Assembly: GCA_002010065.2 (NCBI GenBank)
Contig: MTMD02000002.1
Span: forward strand, 556,740 to 620,739
Direction of reading: 5' to 3'
Source: Candidatus Pyrohabitans jungbluthii
GTDB taxonomy: Archaea > Hydrothermarchaeota > Hydrothermarchaeia > Hydrothermarchaeales > BMS3B
DNA: 64,000 nucleotides
Shown: positions 57,468-64,000 of the stretch, in pieces
Position numbering within the stretch: position 1 is the first letter of the stretch
Layout: each line of letters starts with the position of its first letter
The notes under the pieces: model-generated
The model's input: only the letters and a program-made list of their open reading frames with translations
Databases searched by the model: none
Told to the model about the DNA's origin: nothing
Position numbers and translations under genes: made by a program

Positions 57468-58607
57468 TTATTTCATAACTTCTTCTAAAGCAGCAATGTG
57501 ATTTTCCCAGCTATTCTTCTCTTTAACTGCCTCATAAGCTCTTTCAGCAATGGTGTTTAAATCTTCTCTGTCTAAAATGTCCGAGATTTTTTGCTCAATC
57601 TCCCGAGAGTTGAGGTTTACCAAAAAACCAGTTTCTCCATCTTTTATTAATTCTCTGTTAGGTGGTATATCACTGGCTAAGACAGGGGTTTTACAGCTCA
57701 TAGCTTCAAGAATAACGTGAGACATACCCTCATAATACGAAGGTAAAACAAATAAATCAGAGGCACATATATATTTAAGCGTTTTGCTTTTTGGCATTCT
57801 GCCGAGCAGATAAACATTTTTTAAGTTGAGTCTCTTTATTAATTCTTCAAGATTTTTTCTGTACGGCCCCTCGCCGATAATCAAATAGTTAACCTCCTTA
57901 TCAAGATTTTTAATGGCTTCGATCACCAAATGAAAACCCTTCCAAGATACCAACCTCCCAACACTCACCAGAGTGATCCCACTCAATCCCAATTTTTTCC
58001 TGTATTTATCTTTGTCACAGGGATAAAATTCAATGGCATTTGGAATGACTTCCACAGGCGTTTTGATATTCCATTTTTTTATTATTGATCTCAGGTAATT
58101 ACTCGGTGTTATTATTTTCCTGCAGTTTTTACCTACTAGTTTTTGAAGGAATATCATTGCTGTGGTGTAGATATTAGGGCTTTTTGAATTATAAAAATCA
58201 TGCAAAAATTTGTCTGTCCATCCTCTTGGAAAAGCGATCTCCCATGCCCAGTCTCCGACGTACTTGAAATACATGGGCTTGCCGGTGAGTTTTTTTGCTA
58301 TTAGCCCCACCAAACCAGAAAGGTATTCCTGCGCATATATTACCTCGAGGTTATATTTCTTTACTACTTTTGCGCAAAGTAAACCAGCTTTAACTATACG
58401 CAAAGGGAAAGCGAGAAATTTCGGAAGCGCTGGATAGGCTTGGCGGTGAATAAAATAGCCATCCCTCTCCTCGTACTTTGGCATGCCGAAAGTGACAACA
58501 TGAACCTCATGACCCCTAAGCGTGAGGCGCTTTGCAAGCTCAGGCACATAGGTTGCAGGGCCGCCTATCTCGGGTGGAAATATTGCTACGGGTATACATA
58601 ACTTCAT
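57468..58607 (-). CDS. Glycosyltransferase family 4
   Basis: FPPEIGGPATY, VGRLVSWKG, PSYYEGMSHVILEAM. Confidence 0.9.
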   Translation of the reverse strand: MKLCIPVAIFPPEIGGPATYVPELAKRLTLRGHEVHVVTFGMPKYEERDGYFIHRQAYPALPKFLAFPLRIVKAGLLCAKVVKKYNLEVIYAQEYLSGLVGLIAKKLTGKPMYFKYVGDWAWEIAFPRGWTDKFLHDFYNSKSPNIYTTAMIFLQKLVGKNCRKIITPSNYLRSIIKKWNIKTPVEVIPNAIEFYPCDKDKYRKKLGLSGITLVSVGRLVSWKGFHLVIEAIKNLDKEVNYLIIGEGPYRKNLEELIKRLNLKNVYLLGRMPKSKTLKYICASDLFVLPSYYEGMSHVILEAMSCKTPVLASDIPPNRELIKDGETGFLVNLNSREIEQKISDILDREDLNTIAERAYEAVKEKNSWENHIAALEEVMK

Positions 58608-58695
58608 ATAAATGCAACTCCGTCTTTAGTTGATAAAGATATATTTCACTAAAGGCAAAGATTATGTTAATAACTAAAAAGGTCGAGGAAAAGCC

Positions 58696-59823
58696 ATGAA
58701 CATATTAATGATATCGCCATATTTCTACCCCGAAATAGGTGGTGCAGAGTTTGCTGCCTATGAGGTTTCCAAATGGTTGGCGCAGAAGGGGCATAAGGTA
58801 AGAGTAGTTACAAAGCACTTTGGTGAATTTAAGGATTATGAAGTTTTAAATGGGGTTGAAGTATTTAGAGTCAGAGCAAAAAAAATTAAGGGTTTGCAAT
58901 CCCTCTCTGCTTTTCCTCAAATGCTCAGGTTATCAATGAGATTCGCCGAAGATGCTGATGTTATCCATGCGCACATCCCATATCCCAGTGCGATAATAGC
59001 CTATATTATCAAAAAAGTAAAAAATAAACCTTATTTAGTGACCTCCCAGGGATCTGAGCTACTTGATTATCCAGAAGAGAAACCTTTACGGGTAATAAAG
59101 CCGATAATTGGAGTAACCTTAAGAAACGCAGACCACATCCATGTAATATCAAGGGCGCTAAAGAATAGTATTGTAAAAAACTTTGGTGTACATCCAGAAA
59201 AAATTACTATAATACCAAATGGAGTTGATTTAAACTTGTTTAATCCATCTAGAGGAAAGAAAGACCCTCGCCGCAAGGAGAAAATTATTGTAAGTGTTTC
59301 TAGATTAACAGAAAAGAATGGTTTGGATTATTTAATAAAAGCCATGCCGGAAGTGCTTAAAAAAATTGATTCGAAGCTTATTATAGTGGGTGACGGGGAT
59401 CAGAGAAAGGATTTGGAGAACCTGATAAAAAAACTCGGGATTGAGAATAAAGTTGTGCTCAAGGGCTGGGTAAAATATGAAGAGGTTCCAAAAATCATAG
59501 CTTCTGCAGATCTCTTTGTAAGAACAAGTATAACTGAGGGACTTGGCACAGCCTTTCTTGAAGCTATGGCATGCGCTACGCCTGTGATTGGCTCGAGAGT
59601 ACAGGGGATTCTGGATATAATTCAAGATGGGTATAACGGGATTCTCGTTAGTCCTACGGACGTTCATGAGATTTCCAAGAGTATCATTAGAGTTTTAGAA
59701 GATGACAACTTAAGAGAGAGCCTAATAAAAAATGGACTAAAATTTATTGAAAAATATAGATGGGACAATATAAGCAGACAGTATCTTGAATTATATGAAA
59801 AAATATTGTCACAATCTTCTTAA
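58696..59823 (+). CDS. Glycosyltransferase family 4
   Basis: FYPEIGGAE, IPNGVD, EGLGTAFLEAMACATPVI. Confidence 0.9.
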   Translation: MNILMISPYFYPEIGGAEFAAYEVSKWLAQKGHKVRVVTKHFGEFKDYEVLNGVEVFRVRAKKIKGLQSLSAFPQMLRLSMRFAEDADVIHAHIPYPSAIIAYIIKKVKNKPYLVTSQGSELLDYPEEKPLRVIKPIIGVTLRNADHIHVISRALKNSIVKNFGVHPEKITIIPNGVDLNLFNPSRGKKDPRRKEKIIVSVSRLTEKNGLDYLIKAMPEVLKKIDSKLIIVGDGDQRKDLENLIKKLGIENKVVLKGWVKYEEVPKIIASADLFVRTSITEGLGTAFLEAMACATPVIGSRVQGILDIIQDGYNGILVSPTDVHEISKSIIRVLEDDNLRESLIKNGLKFIEKYRWDNISRQYLELYEKILSQSS

Positions 59824-60966
59824 TTCCTTATTTATGTTATTAGTGATAAAATCAACATCTTTTTTATTATAATTTGAATGGATGGGTAAGGTAATAATGC
59901 CATTCGCAGCACTAACTGCATTTGGATAATTTGAAACATTAACTTTAAAGGTTCTTCTGACTCGAGAGGAAAATATTATTGCATCATGCCATGTTTTATC
60001 AGCCATTATTCCTTTTTTCCTGAGTTTTTTCAAAATATGATCTCTTGCCTCAGGAACCTTAACTATTAGTGGATAACTCTGCCTCGATGATATATTATCT
60101 GTCAAAATTTTCTGTTTAATTACTTTATCTGAATATATCTTCTGATCAAACAGTCGTCCTACTCTGTTTCTGCCAGATACTTGTTCTTCAAGAGTTTTAA
60201 AAAAATAATTAAAAATCGCAAGATCAAAATCGCTGCATCTTTCAATAGGGGCTTTTCTCATACTTCCTGATTCATATACTAACCTTCTATTCTTGAATGA
60301 TTCTTTAAGCCTGAATATAATCGGATGAAAAATATCAATTATATATAGAAGCCTTAAGAGGTTTTTTAAGTTAAATGCTTCCTTTTCATACTTTACGTCT
60401 GTTAAACTATTTTTAGATATGAGAAAACCTCCTGCAATAGTTGGAAAGTATTTATACATTGAAAATATTGAAAAATCTCCAAAAGTACCTACTAATTTAC
60501 CTTTATATTTTGCCCCGAGAGCATGAGCACAATCCTCGATTAAGAGAGCATTATAGTCCTCCTTCAAATCAATAAGTGCAGAGAGATCACAGGGGTTGCC
60601 GAAGGTATGCACAGCAAGAATGGCATCTACGTCTTGCGTCATCGCCTCCTGTGTTTTCAACACGTCAATATTCAGAGTTTCAATATCTATATCAACAAAA
60701 ACCGGTTTTATTTTTTTCTGAATCAGCACATCCTCAAATATAGAGCATAGAAATGCAGGCATTAAAATTTTTTTAATTTTCTGGGTTATAACAATATGTG
60801 CAAAAGCACTTCTTGCCAGATTAAAGTCAAGAACATTCTTGGTATTAAAATAATCACTAACTTCTTGATAAAAAATATCCCTTTGTTGATCTCTTTTCTG
60901 AAGGTAACGGTAATAGATATATAAGAGTCCTTTCAAAGAGAGCGTATTTGTCTGGGAGTAGAACAT
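59809..60966 (-). CDS. DegT/DnrJ/EryC1/StrS-family PLP-dependent sugar aminotransferase
   Basis: VHTFGNP, IEDCAHALG, GDFSIFSMYKYFPTIAGG, ITLPIH; start set to ATG 60966 to avoid a head-to-head overlap. Confidence 0.85.
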   Translation of the reverse strand: MFYSQTNTLSLKGLLYIYYRYLQKRDQQRDIFYQEVSDYFNTKNVLDFNLARSAFAHIVITQKIKKILMPAFLCSIFEDVLIQKKIKPVFVDIDIETLNIDVLKTQEAMTQDVDAILAVHTFGNPCDLSALIDLKEDYNALLIEDCAHALGAKYKGKLVGTFGDFSIFSMYKYFPTIAGGFLISKNSLTDVKYEKEAFNLKNLLRLLYIIDIFHPIIFRLKESFKNRRLVYESGSMRKAPIERCSDFDLAIFNYFFKTLEEQVSGRNRVGRLFDQKIYSDKVIKQKILTDNISSRQSYPLIVKVPEARDHILKKLRKKGIMADKTWHDAIIFSSRVRRTFKVNVSNYPNAVSAANGIITLPIHSNYNKKDVDFITNNINKELRRL

Positions 60967-61020
60967 AATAGAACAGTATAAGTAAGTAAGAGAATATAAA
61001 TATAACCGGAAGGTAATTTG

Positions 61021-61845
61021 ATGCACGCGTACATCACCTTGGACGTGGACCCTGATTTTACAAACAAAAATAAAGCTTGGGAAAATGCAAGAGAAGGAAT
61101 TGAGAGGTGTCTTGCGCTCTTTAAGGAGTTTTCACTGGAAGAAAACATAACTTGGTTTGTGAACAATGCAGAGCTTGAATTTACCTCACGGAGGAGTGAT
61201 TACCTGTCAAAAATGTCTGATGGTGAAATTGCTTTACATCTTCATCTTGACAGGCCTCCATGGTCAAGCAATTATTACTATCTACCTGAAAAGGAAGAGA
61301 ATATACATGCTGCGATTAAAAAAGAGAAGAAAATGCTGGAAAGCTGGACTATTAAACATTTGGATGCACAGGTTGTTAGCTTCAGGTCTGGTGATCTTCT
61401 GACAAGCGATAAGCTTTTCAGGGTTCTTAATCGGCTGGGAATAAAAATAGACTCTTCGCTACCATCGCAATTTGACTGGAGTCTAAAAGAAATTGGCAGG
61501 AAGATTTTGAGCTACATGCCGCTAAGCGTAAAATTAGCTGTTTCCAAGATTTTGGTAAATAAACGCGCCTATCCTACACTCCCACTGGGTGCAACTCCTT
61601 TCATGATAGGGCAGGTATTGGAAATGCCAATACACGTATACGCTGGAGGGAGTAATCTCAAAAGCGGGGTTAAATGGATAAAAAAACGCACAGCGGAACA
61701 GATAAAAAGGGGTGTAAAAGACCTGGTAATTTACTGGCATCCCCATGAAATTCTAGGTAAAGAAAGAATATTTTTTGATTACATAGAATATCTTCTTGAG
61801 CAGGGATTTAATTTCAGAAAGATGGGTGATAATTATTGGAAATAG
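61021..61845 (+). CDS. Polysaccharide deacetylase-like protein
   Basis: ITLDVD, ALHLH, SFRSGD, IDSS, YWHPHE; similar pattern to 55330-56286. Confidence 0.72.
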   Translation: MHAYITLDVDPDFTNKNKAWENAREGIERCLALFKEFSLEENITWFVNNAELEFTSRRSDYLSKMSDGEIALHLHLDRPPWSSNYYYLPEKEENIHAAIKKEKKMLESWTIKHLDAQVVSFRSGDLLTSDKLFRVLNRLGIKIDSSLPSQFDWSLKEIGRKILSYMPLSVKLAVSKILVNKRAYPTLPLGATPFMIGQVLEMPIHVYAGGSNLKSGVKWIKKRTAEQIKRGVKDLVIYWHPHEILGKERIFFDYIEYLLEQGFNFRKMGDNYWK

Positions 61846-62795
61846 CTACACTCAAAAACCTGAATAAAAGGAGATGGAATCGAATCGTTGCAAAGTCAGA
61901 AAATGCAACAGTATTTCATAGCCTGAAGTGGCTGACAATCCAGAAAAAAATTTTTTCACTTGAAGAAATGCTTTTATATTCAGAGACATGCATTTTTCCT
62001 ATTTTTATTAAAAGAAAAGGACCCTTTAAGATTTATGGGAGTCCAGTTCCTGAAACCGGAGCATTTTATGGTGGACCCATCTGTCTTAACAGAGAGGGAT
62101 ACATCGATGCTCTTAACCATTTTAAAAATTTGAGTGCTTTTTCGGCACTCTTTATCAAAACTCCCAATAACTTTAATATCAGCATATTCAAAGATGGGTA
62201 CAAAATAGAACCAGTAGGTAATTTCATTGTTGACCTCAAGAAAACTGAAGATGAGCTATGGATGAATTTAAATAAAAAGACACGAAATGCGGTAAGAAAA
62301 GCAGAAAAAAGTGGTGTGAAAGTTGAATTTTGCGATAGCAGTTATCTTGATGAATATTACAAAATGGTAGAGGAAGTCGCTCGGAGAAGTTCTATTGTAC
62401 CACTCCCTAAAGAATTCATGAAAGAAGTAATTGAGTCCGGACTTGGAAAATTAATTCTTGCCTTTTATAGAGACCAACCGGCTGCTGGGGGGATTTTCCT
62501 GACCTTCAAAGATACAGTAACCTACTGGGACGGTGCGTCGCATTATAAATTTCGCATATATCAGCCCTCCAACTTACTTCAGTGGGAGCTAATAAAATGG
62601 GCAAGGGAGAAATACAGCTATTACGACCTTGGAGGTGCTGGTATTCCTAGGATAACTAGATTTAAAAAAGGATGGGGTGGAAAATACGTTGAATATTACA
62701 GGGTGTATAAAGAGGGACCGTTAGCAAGAGCTGCAAGAATAGCCTATCGAAAGTTAAGATATTATCCATGGGTAAGCAGAATTTTCAGGTCTTGA
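61836..62795 (+). CDS. FemAB/FemX-like double-GNAT acyl/aminoacyl transferase
   Basis: TVFHSLKW, KKTRNAVRKAEKSGV, PSNLLQWELIKWA, YDLGG...FKKGWGG. Confidence 0.85.
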   Translation: MEIATLKNLNKRRWNRIVAKSENATVFHSLKWLTIQKKIFSLEEMLLYSETCIFPIFIKRKGPFKIYGSPVPETGAFYGGPICLNREGYIDALNHFKNLSAFSALFIKTPNNFNISIFKDGYKIEPVGNFIVDLKKTEDELWMNLNKKTRNAVRKAEKSGVKVEFCDSSYLDEYYKMVEEVARRSSIVPLPKEFMKEVIESGLGKLILAFYRDQPAAGGIFLTFKDTVTYWDGASHYKFRIYQPSNLLQWELIKWAREKYSYYDLGGAGIPRITRFKKGWGGKYVEYYRVYKEGPLARAARIAYRKLRYYPWVSRIFRS

Positions 62796-62815
62796 GAAAT
62801 ATGTAGTGAGCAAAA

Positions 62816-63946
62816 ATGAAGATTTTGATCCTCGGCTCAAAGGAGTACCCACTGGGTACAAGTGACGACCCAATAAAATCAGGTGGCATTGAGGTTTACA
62901 CTCAGAATCTTGTAAAGCATCTAAAAGAAAAAGTGGAAAGGATAATAATTGTTACCAGACGGTTCAGAGGTACTAAAATCTATGAAATGCAGGAGAACAT
63001 TGAAATTCATCGGGTACCATGGATTAGAGGTTTTTATTTACGCAACCCAAGCTTTAACCTCTTTGCTTTTTTAAAAGCCCTATTTTTGGATTTTGATGTG
63101 ATATTGGCGCAGGGGCCGGTAGCCTCTTTTCTTGGTGCCTTGCTTTCCATCATTAAAAGAAAAAAAATTGTGGCATGCCCTGCTGGCATAGCTTATGTCC
63201 AGCCTCAATATAGGAAAATTGTTAAGAGACTTCTTTTCATTTTTGAAAAAATAACCTATCGTTGCGTTGACGCTGTGATATTTTTATCTGAAGTTGAAAA
63301 GGAACAGTTCAAAAAGAAGTTGGGTTATCTTCCAAAGCACCATTTTATAATCCCTCCGGGAATTGAAATTCTTAAAGTTTCTAAAAAAGAGGTTGAAAAA
63401 ATTAAAAAAGAGTTAGGTATCAATAAGTACACAACTTTAACTTTTGTGGGTAGGCTGATAGGCGTAAAAGGGGTTAAAGTTTTCATTCATGCTATGAAAG
63501 ACCTAAATAGAGACTTTAAAGCTGTAATTGTAGGCGATGGTCCAGATAGAAAAAAGCTTGAAAACCTCGTGAAGGAATATAATCTCGAGAATAGGGTGAT
63601 TTTCACTGGGTGGAGAGACGATGTGCCTGCGATTCTTGCAGCAAGCGATATCTTTGTTCTTCCCTCCTACTCAGAGGGCCTACCTATAGCTCTGCTCGAG
63701 GCCATGGCTGCAGGAAAAGCTTGTGTGGTTACAGATATTGGCTTACCTGTCGAGAATAGGAGAGACGCTCTCGTTGTGAAAGCAGGCGATGCAGAAAAGC
63801 TTAGAAAGGCTCTGGAAGAGCTTATTGAAAATGAAGAGCTTAGAAAGAGACTGGGTGAAGAGGCAAAGAAGAAGGCCATGAGAGAATTTTCTTGGGACAG
63901 AGCAGTAGAAATCTATCTCAAGCTCTTTAAAGAACTTACTTCCTGA
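62816..63946 (+). CDS. Glycosyltransferase family 4
   Basis: SGGIEVY, FVGRLIGVKG, FVLPSYSEGLPIALLEAMAAG. Confidence 0.9.
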   Translation: MKILILGSKEYPLGTSDDPIKSGGIEVYTQNLVKHLKEKVERIIIVTRRFRGTKIYEMQENIEIHRVPWIRGFYLRNPSFNLFAFLKALFLDFDVILAQGPVASFLGALLSIIKRKKIVACPAGIAYVQPQYRKIVKRLLFIFEKITYRCVDAVIFLSEVEKEQFKKKLGYLPKHHFIIPPGIEILKVSKKEVEKIKKELGINKYTTLTFVGRLIGVKGVKVFIHAMKDLNRDFKAVIVGDGPDRKKLENLVKEYNLENRVIFTGWRDDVPAILAASDIFVLPSYSEGLPIALLEAMAAGKACVVTDIGLPVENRRDALVVKAGDAEKLRKALEELIENEELRKRLGEEAKKKAMREFSWDRAVEIYLKLFKELTS

Positions 63947-64000
63947 AACCACTCAATGGTTTTTACAAGACCCTCGTCGAGGTTGTATTTTGGGTTATAG
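63913..64000 (-). CDS. C-terminal end of an NAD-dependent epimerase/dehydratase (partial, continues beyond the window)
   Basis: Hand translation ...YNPKYNLDEGLVKTIEWFQEVSSLKSLR*; resembles the C-termini of the SDRs at 41984-43003 and 42981-43925. Confidence 0.7.
   Translation of the reverse strand, partial: YNPKYNLDEGLVKTIEWFQEVSSLKSLR

Overview
Gene-dense archaeal chromosome segment with a euryarchaeal-type gene set (histone, AglB, aIF1/SUI1, Nob1, RaSEA, HdrBC, GGTGA/GGAGG ribosome-binding sites); the lineage cannot be fixed from sequence alone. It has four parts. (1) 1-6.3 kb: two large beta-helix/Ig-fold surface proteins. (2) 7.0-16.6 kb, the most notable region: an operon of two dissimilar tubulin/FtsZ-superfamily GTPases flanking a membrane-anchored helical protein. 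It is transcribed divergently from two paralogous single-pass surface proteins sharing a cytoplasmic W-x-R-D...G-[ND]-x-L-x-G-A tail, and a beta-propeller receptor-like gene follows. One GTPase carries motifs closer to eukaryotic tubulin than to FtsZ/CetZ (SGAGNNW, in-register Y..N..D..D..IHF, H11/H12-like C-terminus). (3) 16.6-38.5 kb: housekeeping genes, two HdrBC pairs, tRNA-Gly(CCC) and tRNA-Cys(GCA). (4) 38.5-64 kb: aglB followed by a compositionally mosaic, mostly AT-rich glycosylation locus (ugd, UDP-xylose synthase, gmd/fcl, flippase, six GT4s, methyltransferases, three alkaline-phosphatase-superfamily enzymes, deacetylases, DegT aminotransferase, FemAB-like protein). No CRISPR array, integrase or transposase was seen. 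All family calls come from motif recognition by eye; no searches were run.
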